A program made the translations under genes and the position numbers. A stretch of 64,000 nt of DNA from Microthyrium microscopicum (Eukaryota), in contig MU004233.1 in NCBI GenBank assembly GCA_010405405.1, positions 1,191,122-1,255,121 on the forward strand. Direction: 5' to 3'. This document shows, one piece after another, positions 1 through 13,310 of the stretch. Each line of letters opens with the position of its first letter. The stretch's first letter is position 1. A model generated the notes under the pieces. The model did not search any database. It was not told the origin of the DNA and saw only the letters and a program-made list of their open reading frames with translations.

Positions 1-1030
1 CTACATTTTTCCTTGTCATTGACTGAGTGAGCGTCGCGACTTGACATCCAATGCGCTAGGAACCAAACTATCTTTCCATCATCAAGTGCGATGGGAGTCA
101 TCGTAGTCGACAGGAGCGTACCATTGATCTGTTTTCGACCGGTTGACTGTGATAATCGGTTTGAGATATGAGACTGACAAGGTAGAGATGTCAATTGATG
201 ACGGATACATAGCATTGCAAAGAATGTGTCTGTTTACCTAACCATTCGCCATTGCGTCGAGGTTTCAAGTCAACTCACCTCAGATAGCAGTTTTCTTTTC
301 ATGGCGACATACCCGGATCTATCATAACATTCTCCATGCCAACTCAAACCTCAAATGCTTGTTTCCGTGTTGTCAGGCTTTCGGATATTGTGGCGATAGG
401 TGATGAAAGGCCAGGTGCCAGGAGTAAGAGCAGAGAGTTGAAGTACTATGCCATTTGGGAGATTAAAAGTGTCTTGAGGTGTTCAAGAGCCTAAGGCAAA
501 TCTCGAGGCTCTTGTTTATGTATCTCTCAATCGAGCATTGAGGTTGTCGCCGTTAGACTCTGACACCGTGATCAGGACGGAAGAAGATACCATCGCCACT
601 TTGACATTTCGAGCGCCTTCCTTTGTTCCAATACCACCTATACAAAGGAACGGAACTACGTAATAAGCTCTTTGTTGAGGTTGCTCTTGTATAAATCGAG
701 TCCACATCTGATGGAGATGAGCTCGAGAGGTACAAGTCTTTGTCTACTTTCGCTTCGATATTGTCATGTGCACCTATTGCATTCACCTTACGATTTACTC
801 AGGCTACTTGGGAAAAGGCTCTTGCCTATGTAGGTTGCTGTCGTTGCCTTCACTGACCTTGAATCCGACAGAATACAGTCACCGGCTCAACAATTAACTG
901 GTTGCTATTACGACATCTCCTTATTTTGGCAAGAACGATTTATTAAGGCAAGAGCGACCTCATTTTCAACAGTATATAAACAAAGCTGCCTCAGGTTTTC
1001 TCTCCATGTTTCTTTCATAACAAACAGCTA

Positions 1031-2001
1031 ATGGCCGCAGACAACAATCCAAGCAGCGTCCACGGCCCAGGTCGTGGACCACCACCACCCAACATCAATA
1101 CCAAGGGCAATATCAACAACAACATCAACAACAATCGTCACACCAGCAATTCACCTAAGACTTCTGTCACCATCAAGATCGAATCTACAGATGACTCTCC
1201 AACTCCGACCTCAATGCGTTTCTACGACAACGACGACGACGACTACGGCGTGAAGCCGAACAATATCAAGACAGAGAACATCAACCCAAATTCTGCTAAT
1301 CAAGCAGTAATCTCACCCGAAACCTCTCCTCGACGCCTCTCGAAGAGTGATGCATTTCTTCTCTTACAAGAACAAAATGCTGCAGAGGTGCGGGCTACAC
1401 AGTTGGTCAATCAAGATGCTTGGGGCGTGCTCACTCCAGTGAACTCTACTCTGAAGGCACGTCACTATGGATGTGCACGCTGCAACAATCAGTTCAAGAC
1501 GTACGATGCGATGCTCTCACATGTGATCAAGAAACACTTTCAAGATCGCGAGATCTTGGAACTTATCATTGGCGAGGTTGAAATGCCAGCCGTTTACGAG
1601 GTAAGTGATTCCTTGTCAACTATTCCTTTTGATCCCAGCTTGCACAATTCCATTCTCTGTTTACTTTAGGTGGCATATATGGAAGCTGACAATCAATTGA
1701 TCGAATAGATGCCAGGTATCTCATAGCAGCATATTCTTATACTAATCTACCTCAGCATCCACAGCACCGAGGTGATGGACAGTACGTCTGTGCTGCATGC
1801 GGTCGATTCAAGTCCCATTCACCAGGCAAAGTCTTCCAGCATGTGAACAGCGAGCGACGAGACCTCAAGATCATGGTTGAGCTCACAGGTGGAATCGGCG
1901 AGGCAGCAGCATCGTTTGGCATCCAAGATCGGATCCCACTCCGCTTACAGCAACGTCTTTGGGATCGTGCCTATCATGACTTGATGGCGAAGCGTCGTTA
2001 G
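1031..2001 (+). CDS. Hypothetical protein with a C2H2-like zinc finger and an N/P-rich low-complexity N-terminus (probably 2 exons: 1031-1600, 1756-2001)
   Basis: ORF contains CARC-x12-H-x4-H (CARCNNQFKTYDAMLSHVIKKH). GTAAGT donor at 1601 and CTAAT...CTCAG acceptor at 1755 give an in-frame exon HPQHRGDGQYVCAACGRFK...AKRR* ending in TAG 1999-2001. The intron structure could be more complex. Confidence 0.6.
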
Positions 2002-2703
2002 GATAGAACAGGCATCACGGGGATTGAGGCGATGCGCGGCATGGCTATGACAGGTGTGGCAAAGCTGTAAGGCTGAGCACAAAGCTGAATATTGAGACTG
2101 GCTCAATTGTGACTGGGCCAGCGTACGATAACGTTGTTTTACGCAACGTATTGATTACACGAATGACATGATGTACGAGTATGCTGTAGCTAGTTACCGA
2201 ACTAGACTGCAATAACATTTCTCATGAACTCAATTAACCTTGTACCGTGAACGAGTGACAAAGTGACAGCTCGCTGTTCTTTCAATGGAGTGACAAAATA
2301 AACAGTACGCTCGCATCAAAAACGATGGCTCACCAACGCTAGTCAGGGAAAGATGCTATATTTCCCATTGCATATCATCTACAATGCACAAGTCCAGAAC
2401 AATGTTACTGATATCTGCGACTGAAAGATACCTAAGAAAGTCAATGATAGTAGAAAAAGTTCCAAGTCTTGACAACAACATCAGCAGCCCCCTTCTTGTA
2501 TGGCCCCATAAGCTCTCAGGTCTAACCTCAAACATCGGCTCCAGCTCATCAGCTCTCGTTTACATCTCCTTTCCGCCACTACTCTAAAACGTCTGCCTAT
2601 ACATACAACATATCTGGCCACTCTCCCAGGCTTCAGCCCTCTATCTAACTCTCCCACCTCCACTCCACTCCCTTCTCGATCCTTCCTCCTTCAACCACCC
2701 AAA

Positions 2704-5219
2704 ATGTTCAATCGCGGCAGTGACAACAACTCCTACGGCCGTCCAGACCCTCGTGCCCAACGAGGCCCACCTCCACCGAACTCCCAGAACTACAGCCGAC
2801 CCCAACAAGGCTACGAACCAGACGCACGCATGGCCGGCGGCTACGATTCGCCTTCCCCTGACTATGCCCGCAACTCCATCCCCCGCCAACCTGTCGGCGG
2901 TCGCCCGCCACAACAACAGATTCCACCTCGAGGTGCTGCCCCACAGCAACGTTCCATGGTGATGCGACCTGCGAAGAGCCCTGGTGGAAACCAGTTTGCG
3001 TTTGGCAACATTGTTGGTGTGTCAGCGATGGACTTTCAAGAGGGCGAGGATATGTATCTGTTGCTGAACGGGCAGTTCGTCGTCACGGCTAAGGCGGTGC
3101 GGGATTTTGCGCAGGGCAATTTGGGGCTTACGGATGCGCAGAGGACGTGGGCGGGCATCAGTCTGGATCCAAATGAGACGGTTGAAGTCCAGAAATATGA
3201 TCCATTTCAACAAGGCGGACAGGTGTATCTGGCGGCACTGGATGTGATGGTAGGCTTTGCGGGTAGGAAGGAATCAGATGCGGCGTATGATCAGGATGAT
3301 TTAGCGAAAATATTTACACGGACTTTTGAGAATCAGATGTTGGCGCCAGGCCAAATACTGATTATGGACGTCAAGTCGATACCGCTGAAGATTGTGGTAC
3401 AGACGGTGCAGTTGACGGATCTGTCGATGGAGAAGGGTGGCGAGGAGGGCCCTACGATAGGGGATTCAAGAGCGAGGGGAATTGTTACAAGGAATACTAC
3501 TATGAACTTTTCAAAGGAGGGACGGTCGAAGATCAATCTCAAGGCATCCATGACAAGACCGGCTACAAATGCGATCTTACAACCGAACTTCAAGTTTGAG
3601 GATATGGGTATTGGTGGATTGGATTCAGAGTTCAGTACCATCTTCCGGAGAGCATTTGCTTCGAGGCTGTTTCCTCCTGGGCTGATTCAACGGATGGGGC
3701 TGACACACGTTCGCGGCATGTTGCTTTTCGGGCCTCCTGGTACTGGTAAAACTTTGATTGCACGACAAATCGGCAAGATGCTCAATGCGAGAGAACCAAA
3801 GGTCATCAATGGCCCAGAAATCCTCAACAAATATGTTGGTGCATCAGAAGAAAATGTACGAAAGATGTTTGCAGATGCTGAGAAAGAGTACAAGGAAAAG
3901 GGTGATGAGAGTGGCCTTCACATTATCATCTTTGACGAACTTGACGCAGTTTGCAAACAAAGAGGTAGCGGAGCTGGCGGTGGAACTGGTGTTGGTGACT
4001 CAGTCGTCAATCAGCTTCTATCCAAGCTCGATGGTGTAGATCAGCTCAACAACATCTTACTTATTGGAATGACCAATCGGAAAGACATGATCGACGATGC
4101 TCTGTTACGTCCTGGTCGTCTTGAAGTACATGTCGAAATATCTCTTCCTGATGAAGCTGGGCGAGCACAGATTCTCGGGATTCATACCAACAACCTTCGA
4201 AACAACAAACTCCTCGATGGTAGCGTCGATATCAATGAACTCGCTCACGTAACCAAAAACTACTCTGGTGCCGAAATTAGCGGTCTCGTCCGCGCAGCAT
4301 GCTCATTCGCATTTACCAGACATTCCGAAGTTGGTGCCATGGCGAAGATCAAGGATCCCAACAGTATAATCATCAACCGAACCGATTTTGAAAGCGCGCT
4401 CGGCGAAATGACTCCAGCATTTGGTGTTGCCGAAGAAGCCCTCGAAAGATGTATCACTGGAGGTATTATCAAATACGACCAGACTGTACACCAGATTTTA
4501 GATTCCGGGAAGGATATAATCAGCGCAGTACGCAGCCATACACCCCTGCTCTCAGTTCTTCTATACGGCCCACCTGCCAGTGGAAAGACTGCTCTAGCCG
4601 CACGAATGGCCCTCGACTCGGAGTTCCCATTTATCAAGTTCATCTCGCCTCAAGCCATGGTTGGCTTCAACGACATGATGAAAGTTCAGTATATGCAAAA
4701 GATCTTCATGGACGCCGACAAAGTAAGTGCCACGTCACCCAGGTTTCACTCACACCATACTAATAAACATAGTCTCCGCTCTCCATCATAGTCATCGACG
4801 ACATTGAAGATATTATCGACTGGATCGGCATCGGGCCCCGCTTCAGCGTAACCGTCGTCTCTGCTATTCGCGCGCTTCTCCGTCAAAATCCACCTGGCGA
4901 CAAGCGTCGTGTAGTCATGACCACGACGGCTCAGCGGGAGGCGCTCTCACAGCTCAACATGCTCGACCGCGTATTCAATGCACAAATTCCCGTGCCGAAC
5001 GTGCAAGGTCTAGATGCGCTGAACAGAGCGCTCGCTAAGGGTGGTATGACGGACAGGGAGGCAGAGCAGACGATGGCGCTGGTGGAAAGTGAGAAAGGGT
5101 CGCAGATTAGTGTAGGGATCAAGAAAGTGCTGGAGGCCGTACAGATTAGTCAAGCTGTGGACATGAAGAGCGAGAAGTGTGCGGAGGTTTTGAGAGCGTT
5201 TATGGTGTCACAGTATTGA
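2704..5219 (+). CDS. SEC18: Vesicle-fusing AAA+ ATPase Sec18/NSF (exons 2704-4722, 4773-5219)
   Basis: D1 motifs MGIGGLD, GPPGTGKT, IIIFDELD and MTNRKDMIDDALLRPGRLEV; D2 Walker A GPPASGKT. A 50-nt GTAAGT..TAG intron joins DADK to SPLSIIVIDDIE. Confidence 0.97.
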
Positions 5220-5593
5220 GCTACTACCTAAGACATAGGACGCATTCTATAACCACGATATGACTGACGATATATCTGAAAATGGATTGAGGACATAAAA
5301 TGCTTTTAGAGTATGAAAGCCATCAATCAAATTTCTCCGATAACCACAGTATCAGTTAACAATGAAAGATCCTTATGTTCAATCAACATTGAATGTCCTC
5401 ATTAGTTACCTCTCCTTCGTGGTTGGCCAATGCTGTACTCACGATTGGAAGCTTGGGCCACTTTGACATTCAACTTCATCTGTGTTCCATGCATCATCAA
5501 CACCAAGCAATCCAATATCTCCAACTCTCAATCCGCCTCAATTCCTCCCTCCACACATCAATTGGTCGTCGCCCGCCCGGCCAACCCTCCATC

Positions 5594-6541
5594 ATGGCCT
5601 CCCGTCTAAGCAGAATACGTCTCGCCCTCCCACGACCCGCCCATCCACGCCCAACACACACCACACCCATCCGGACATTCAGCACAACCACCACACTGCG
5701 AAGCGATGCACTCTTTGTAGTCCGTCTTCCCTCTCCCCCTTTAAACCACCCTCCCCCTACCACCATCCCCCTACCACCGACCCACTAACAAAGCACCCCA
5801 GCATCGCGACACGCCCGAAAACAACACCAGCATCCCCTTCACCTTCTCCCCGCAAAACGAAACCCTCATCACCGAGATCCTCGCCCGCTATCCTCCACAG
5901 TACAAAAAGGCCGCCGTAATGCCACTGCTAGACTTGGGGCAACGCCAACATGGCTTTACGAGTTTAAGCGTGATGAACGAGGTGGCCAAGAGGCTCGATA
6001 TGCCGCCCATGCGCGTTTATGAGGTGGCGACGTTTTATACAATGTATAATCGGAGTCCGGTGGGCAAGTATCATGTGCAGTGCTGTACTACTGTAAGTAT
6101 AACCCCCAAAATAAACTTCGTAAAGGAGAGGTGTGTATGTGAAGAGTGTATGGGCTAATAATTGCGTGATCACAGACCCCATGTATGCTCCGCGATTCCG
6201 ACGCCGTCATGAAAGGCATCCAAGACCATCTCGGCGTAACACCAGGCCATACAACAAAGGATGGGCTGTTTACGTTCAGTGAGGTTGAGTGTTTGGGTGC
6301 TTGTGCGAATGCGCCGATGGTGCAGATCAATGATGACTTTTACGAGGACTTGACGTACGAGACGACAATTGACCTGCTCAAAGCGCTACAGGCTGCTGAG
6401 GGAGCAACGGGCGCACAGCGCGCGGCGAAGCTGCCGAAGCCTGGCCCGAAGAGCGGACGGGAGAGTTGTGAGAATAGTGCGGGTTTGACGAATTTGACGG
6501 GTGAGCCGTGGGGGAAGGAGAAGTTTAGGACTGATTTGTAG
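5594..6541 (+). CDS. nuo-24: NADH:ubiquinone oxidoreductase 24-kDa subunit (NDUFV2/NuoE family), mitochondrial; exons 5594-5719, 5802-6092, 6176-6541
   Basis: Arg-rich presequence [10 protein letters not shown]..., then [37 protein letters not shown] and [13 protein letters not shown]. 2Fe-2S ligands in CTT|TPC and [11 protein letters not shown]. Confidence 0.96.
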
Positions 6542-6793
6542 AAAGGCGAAGGAGGTGTATATAGATTTAGTGGGAATACAGATGTTATGGCCAATGGCTC
6601 CTATGCTTTGTGTTATAAATGTTGTTTCCGGGAAGGGATAGATGACAGTGTGAATTCACCGTGCGAGAAGGGATGTTCAAAACGTTAATGGCATTCAATC
6701 TAATCAGTCCGATTCATCAAAAAGCTATGCTCCGTATCTGTACATTAACCGCGCAAGGCCATGCGAGCCCAATCATCTAATTTTTCCCGTCCA

Positions 6794-8769
6794 CTACTGC
6801 ACAAACAAGCCAGCACCATTATCATCCGCCAGACTGAATGCCTTGATCTGTTGTGCCAATCGAGCCGACTCTCGCACAAAGTCAACTTGGTTAGTGTACA
6901 TAATCTGATAGCGAACACTAGAAATAGTTAGCAATTGCAAAATGTCAAATGGACTTGGAAACCCTACCGAGCCTCATCGTTGTACGTATCGAGCTTTGCC
7001 CGACATCTGAACGAATACGTCTTACACGTAGCAGCCTCAATAATGTCCTTTAAAGCCGAATCATCGACCTCCTTAGCCTTCTGCGCCTCATCACCAGTAA
7101 CACCCATGATAATCTTTCCACTATCATCGAAAGCACTAAGCCAGAGCTGGCCAGTATGATCTGCGACGTTGACACTCAACACGTAGCGATAGGATGGCCT
7201 GGGCCAGTTCTTTTGGCACATTTCGCAACGCCATTCGCCTTCATTGACCTCAATGACCTTACGGTTGCATTTCTCGGTTTGGCAGGCAGCGTACCACATT
7301 GTGCCTTCGCGGATCCAGACTACGGTAGCTTTGACGGTGAAGTAGTCGTCTTTGGGCTTGCCTTCGTCGTCAGTGTTTTGGCCAAGATTCTCATCTTTGA
7401 TTTCCTGGATGGTCTTCATCACTTGTTCACGGGAGGCGCCGGAAGTGGCGGACAAGTTGTTGTGGTTTTGATAGCTTTCGTCACGACCTTGAGCGTCGTA
7501 CCAGCCCTTGAGCTTATGAGCATCGTCAATATCGGGATTGACAGCCATTTGACCAGACGAAAGCAAAGAAAGAGAACGTCCACCAAAGTCAGACACTTTG
7601 ACGCCCTTGAAGGCAAGGACGGTTTCGAGAGGAACGTCAAACTTCTGTGCTTGCTCGCCCCAGATCGTCAAACGGACTTGAGTGACGGTGTTATCGACCA
7701 GAGTGAGTTCGCGTTTTGAGAAGGGCTTCTGTGTGGATTTGCTAACGATTTCGTCACAATTGCCGACTTCTGTGAGAACGCCTATACAATCAATGGTGGT
7801 GTCTTTCTCAATGTTCTTGAGATTTTCGATATTGATGAAGTGGTATCGAACCTGCGGCACAGCGCTCTGGTCCTCTGCGCGCTCAACCTTGGTGTCTCGC
7901 TCCAGCGTCAACTCGTAATCATTGTTGACCTGGCTGAACTTCTTATTGGCCATCTTGACTTGGCAAGGACTTGAGATGTAGTATACGACACCCTCCTCAA
8001 AGTTGTTATAAAGATCATCGAAATGTTCGCCAATGGAGTTGAATCCAGTCATTCGAATCTCCCCACTCTCATCAAGCAGGTTGACACTAAATAGTCGACC
8101 TTCACCATTTTGGTTGTGCCATGATCTCATTGGTAATTTGTGTGTAACACGAACGCGAATAGTCCATTTGTGGGAGAACGGCGAAAGGGCTTCCACAGGC
8201 GTAATATTTCCATGCTTTGTCGAGAAGTTATCAGGGCGAGGCTGGTTATGCGTTGGGGCTGCTGTTTGTTGAGCTGGAGCGCCATAAAAAGCTCCTCCCG
8301 AAATGCCTTGTGGCTGTTGCTTAACTGGCTCAACGGCGGTATCAGGGAAGTCAAGCGAGTCCAGAGTCTTTGGACCACCAATCTTTTCTGGTTCGCCGTA
8401 TTCAGCTAGCACATTCAGATTGCTGAGAACCAAGATTCTCTTTGAGCCATTGACGACTTGGGAATGGTAATCTTCAAGCTCGACAATGCTTCCTTTCTTG
8501 AGTATGCCGTCTGCAACAATATTCTTGAGGTTGCCAGCCAACATGCTCTGTACAAAGTAGTTGGTGTCACTAAGGATAACGCGATATCGGGCACCTTCTT
8601 GTAGAGGCTTCAGGTGAAGCACCTGTAGAATAGGACGGTTGTTGGGAATAGGACTTCCATCGGGATGTCCAAAGATGGTACTAGATAGCGGGGTCTGTTA
8701 GAACGAGTTTGTATGCCAATGAAGAACGGGATATGCCTACGGAATTGCGTTTTTTGTGATAACATCCAT
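6794..8769 (-). CDS. RFA1: Replication protein A large subunit (RPA70); exons 8769-8741, 8680-6968, 6917-6794
   Basis: OB-fold signatures LSPFSHKWTIRVRVT, GRLFSVNLLDESGEIR and KGVKVSDFGGRSLS; C4 zinc site YAAC..C.RKV...WRCEMC. Splice sites give MDVITKNAIP|TIFG at the N-terminus and R|VRYQIM...GLFVQ* at the C-terminus. Confidence 0.96.
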
Positions 8770-8876
8770 GATGACAACGCTTCGGCACAAATTTTCTTGT
8801 AAGGAAATAGAGAGTGTATGTGTTGATGGAGGAGTGGTGGCGGGATGATGAAGCACCAAAGTTGGAGCTTGTAGAG

Positions 8877-8938
8877 ACGCGTCAGGCAACAATCGCGTTT
8901 AATCGCGCTCAAAACGCGTTGTGCAAATTGGTCACGTG
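8877..8938. promoter_or_regulatory. Cluster of MluI cell-cycle boxes (MCB) and a CACGTG E-box upstream of RFA1
   Basis: ACGCGT at 8877-8882 and 8914-8919, with two further CGCG cores between them, and CACGTG at 8933-8938. These lie 110-170 bp upstream of the RFA1 ATG. RFA1 is a classic MBF target in yeasts. Confidence 0.7.
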
Positions 8939-9861
8939 ATGTCTCTCGAACAAATATCCAATTATTAGAAGATGAGAAACGTACTTGTTTATTTGTATGG
9001 AGGAATATTAAATGGAGATGGCATAAGTATTGAGAGTCGTCGTAGCCAAATGTGGATACAATATTTGAATCTTGATCTTGATGTTGGCATCAAAAGTGTT
9101 CAGTTTCGATCACAATTCATACATTGACACAAGCAGAATCAAAAATAAATAAACGTTGATTGACCTTGAAAGTCAGCTTCATTAACCTGCCATGCCTGCC
9201 TATCTAATTTCATAACTCAAACAAGGTCATATAAACAGCATGCAAGTATCTATTTTCGCAACCCATTCCGTTCATGCAATGCAATTATGAAAACACAATA
9301 CAGTCAGGACCACAAAACCTGACTGTACAAGAAAACCCAGTGGCGCAAGTGAAGTAGTTGCATGCCTTCACAGCGGAAAAGTTTGACAGTCCATTGTTGT
9401 ATGACCTGCCTCCGGGGGTATATGATTTTGATGCGCATGGAAAGGACAGTGATTGAGCTTTTAGTTTGTGCTCTCTGATAATCCTCTACAACGCCTTCGC
9501 TCACTTGGAAGCGCCGATCCAAAGCAGGGATATCGAGAAGTCTAATGCGGTCCGTAGTAATAGCTTTTTTGTTGTCTACCGTTTGCTGATGCCGGTTGTG
9601 TCGTTTGAACACAGAAAAACAAGGCCGGAGCCGAAAGCCGAAATAGAAACATGGTATATATCGTACATGCTGAAAGGGAAGCCAGGGGGGGTGAGACAGC
9701 ATGACGAGATGTCTGTCTAGAGATCAATAGAGTGGCCGAGTGGTGGAAAAAGGAGTTGGAAGGTGAGTGGTGAGCAAGATATTCTCGTGCCCTTATCCAT
9801 GTCAATGGCAGCTACCAAGATTATGTGAGAACGCCAATTATGGTGCGCGAAGGTTGTTGGC

Positions 9862-11898
9862 CTAAGTTCCGTTGCGTTGGCCACCGATGACACCAGGTCC
9901 AGTGCCATTCTCGGTGGCCTTCTTGATTGGTATACCATTGGTTCCGCTTTGTCGTTTCCATTTGTTTGAAGTCGCATGGATCTCGTCCATGTCGAAGACT
10001 TCTTCGGGTTCTTCTTCAATCTTTTCCCGACCAACTCCAGTGCTAGATGCACCACTCATAGATCGATCCAAGCGATTTGGTGGTACACCAATTGCGGAGG
10101 AAGTGCCTGAGCCTGATGCTACTCGCTGAATACCTGGGTGCTGCAAGGATGCAGTGGTAGTTCCATTAGTCTCAGCTGAATCTGAACCTCGACTCGAAAT
10201 ACGAGCACGTTGCATTTGTTGTGTGATCATTCCCATGCTAGAATGACGAGGTGGACTGGAAATGCTAAAGTCTCCGGATGTAGGACGGCTGTTGGTTGCA
10301 CGAAGTGATGGCGAAGAGCCATGATTGAGTGGTGAGGGTCGTAGTGGAGATCCTACGTGGCCGAAAGCATTGGTGACCGTCTCATTGATTGTAGCCTCCG
10401 ACTTTTCGCGTTGTTGACGCTGAAACAGCGGGCCAAATCTACTCGGAGAGACCCCTAATGCGCCGGGGGAGCCAACTTTTGGGCTTTCACCCATTGGTGT
10501 TCCAATTCCGGAGAGAGCTGCACGATGATTCGATGTGGTATCATCTTCAGCGTTGCGCGACAAACGACGGCGTCGCTCATTTGGAGTAAGGAGATCGTTA
10601 AGGCTATCGGGAATGGCATTTAGATCCTCGTCAAATGCTTCGTTAAAGTCATAGTCATCTTCTACTTCAGCTGGCAAGTACATCTTTGTGCCGACGCTAG
10701 ACGAGAGTTTACTTGGACGTGCATATCGTTCCGAATGCATCATACGCATTGGCATTCGCTGACCAAAGGATCCCTCATTGAGTGCAGGCGACATTCCCAA
10801 ATTACTCATACCGGGAGTGCCATCACCAAATGCTGATGAATGTAAATTGCGAACTGCCGTAGAGTCCATAGGGCGGCTATGTAGCAAAGATGATGGTGGT
10901 GAGGTATCGAAACCAAAATGAGCTGGTACAGAAGCAGCCACTGGTCCATGTCGTGCAATATACGAAATTCCTTGGCTATCGAATGACGCCGGTAGTCCCA
11001 CGTCGCGAAGACTAAGGCCTCGTGCAGCGGGCGATCTCGCTAGCATACTGTCATTTTGAGGAGAACCTATCGCAGAGGTCGGTAATGAGGATCCCGTCGC
11101 CTCTATCGTCGGTATCGGTTCGAAACCATTGTTCTGGGAGTAGTCCATCATTTGAGTTGGCATGCCATATGCCGGTTGGTTGAACTGGTCTTGCTGCATA
11201 GACAACAACGAGTTGACTTGTGGAGGAGCTTGCGGAGCTGCAACACGTCCACCAAAGTTCATTTGCTGTTGCTGAGCGCCCACCATACTGAGATGGCTTT
11301 GCTTATTGATTCGACGGCCATCTGGAAATACATGTTCATTGGCGCAGCGCATTCCGAATTTACAGTTTCCCTTGAAATTTGTCAGCCAACTCGAGTGATT
11401 TCACACATTATACATAACAGATCTCGTCCTGATAAGAAATTGGCATTTCCTGAGCCTATAGCATGGTTATTATAGAAAATGGGTTGTCTTACCTTGGCGA
11501 AATATTTGCAGGCACCAGATGTTTCCACATGAGCAAATGGGCATGATTTTCCAGCCTGACAACCCGAGGAACGGAAGAACTTGCAAGGCACGTGTGAAGT
11601 ATCTATAATTCAGTCAGCGCTTGCTATAGAACACGATAGACGAATATCTACTTTTTTGAGCCACGGGGCCGGGAGGGCTTCTTGCACCAGCAAAACCTCC
11701 TCTCGAATCTCCATGACCATTCAGGTTGCCGTTGCCAGCTCTAGGAACGGGAACAGGGCCAGGGCCATGTCCATTTGTAGTACCAGCATGGCCGTTAGGA
11801 CCAGAGGCATGGACTCGAGCACGAAGGTCGGCGGAAGAGCGAGAGTTGTGAGCTGTGTGGGCACGACCCGAGCCATTGAATGGCTGGGGTTGGCTCAT
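9862..11898 (-). CDS. Tandem CCCH zinc-finger protein, Scp3/Lee1-like (3 exons)
   Basis: Spliced sequence TSHVPCKFFRSSGCQAGKSCPFAH...ACKYFAK|GNCKFGMRCANEH, followed by a long Ser/Pro-rich region with LPASFDSQGISYIARHGPVAASVP and IPDSLNDLLTPNERRRRLSR. Confidence 0.85.
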
Positions 11899-13310
11899 GA
11901 CGACAGACGAGGAATTATATCAAAGGCAAGGAGAGGTGTATGGACTGTAAATTCGAATGCGGAGAACTGTGGGGCGTGAGGGATAACGAGGAGTAAGGAA
12001 AGGTGGAGGTCGCGCGCGGGGCTTTGGTTCGGATAGAATAGGAACGAGGTGCAGAGAGTGTTTGGCGAGAGGTGGTCGACTAGAAGCAACGAGTTATTCA
12101 GAATCGAATTAGAAAAGTTTTGGTAGGTTGAAGCGGAGGAGGAAGATGGAGAAAGAGTAAGGTCTGTCGTGTGTGCGGGCGCGGGTGATAGAATAGAGCT
12201 CGTAGTCACAAGATCGATGCCTTTAGTGAACCACCACCACCACGCTGCTAGCCGATTTCACCAGCCTACTAACTTCATTCCATCGAGAATTCGAGGCCGC
12301 CATTAATCAAATGTCCTCACTTTCCTCGGCGTCATCAATGTCATCAGGATAATCCTATAATCAGCCACTTCTTCATTTGCCGCTCTGTCATTGAGGGCCA
12401 ACATCAGTCACCGAAATCATCACCCCAGAGCTGCCCTTCCGCTTCGAGAACGGCACAACGCGTCAAACCAGACAAAAAGGCAACAGGCTAAGCTATTTGC
12501 CTTGTATTCCCCCCAATCTTCATTTATATTGCACGTGTCATCCTGGTCAGCGTCCGGACAAGACGGCCTCGTCTTGCTCCTACATAGAGACACACACCAT
12601 CCCTTCTCCATGATGCCGCAGTACGCGTGACCAGCCTTACCATTTGACCAGTTTTACCTGATCCCTCCCTCCCTCCATCCTACGCCATTTCGCCTTGGAT
12701 GCATAGTAGTAATGAAACAGTAAACCCCCAATAGTGCTAAAGCGACTGCTTAGCACCCATCCATCAGGCTGTGTCCTCAGCCGACTGCCATCAATATCAG
12801 CCCGGCCAGTCCCATCAACATCATGTCCCTGACATCACTTTTTATATCCGAGTGGCCCTCGTCTTTTTGCTGGTAGCATTAAAAAAGATGTTAATATACT
12901 TACTAGTAGCTAGCGTACCCTTCCAACTTCACCAAGTTCTCGAATTTCAGTAGCGATTTTGCTCTTAACGTAACTGACTTGGCAGCCAACGCGAAGAATG
13001 TAGGCAGAATCACAAAGATAGTTGTGTTTACCACTACATTTAATACAGGGCTAAAGAATTAATACGTCTTTTGGGAAACAAATCACCTAGCAAAGCCCAT
13101 CGCATTGGCACAAGTGTTCTGTCAAGCTTTCAATTGAGCTAACCACTGACTATATTTACATCATGTTTTCTTTCCCGAGCACCTCTTCACTCTGATACGC
13201 CTTGATATAATACAGACATTGATCGCTGCCAAGTCTTGGTTCGAATGACAATCCACCAAGGAGAATAAACACTTCTACATAATGCATGCTTTTCTCGCAA
13301 AACACATTGC

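Noticed and set aside
1..790. Short minus-strand ORFs and possible splice sites at the left edge
   Set aside because: I could not assemble a coherent spliced frame or recognise a domain.
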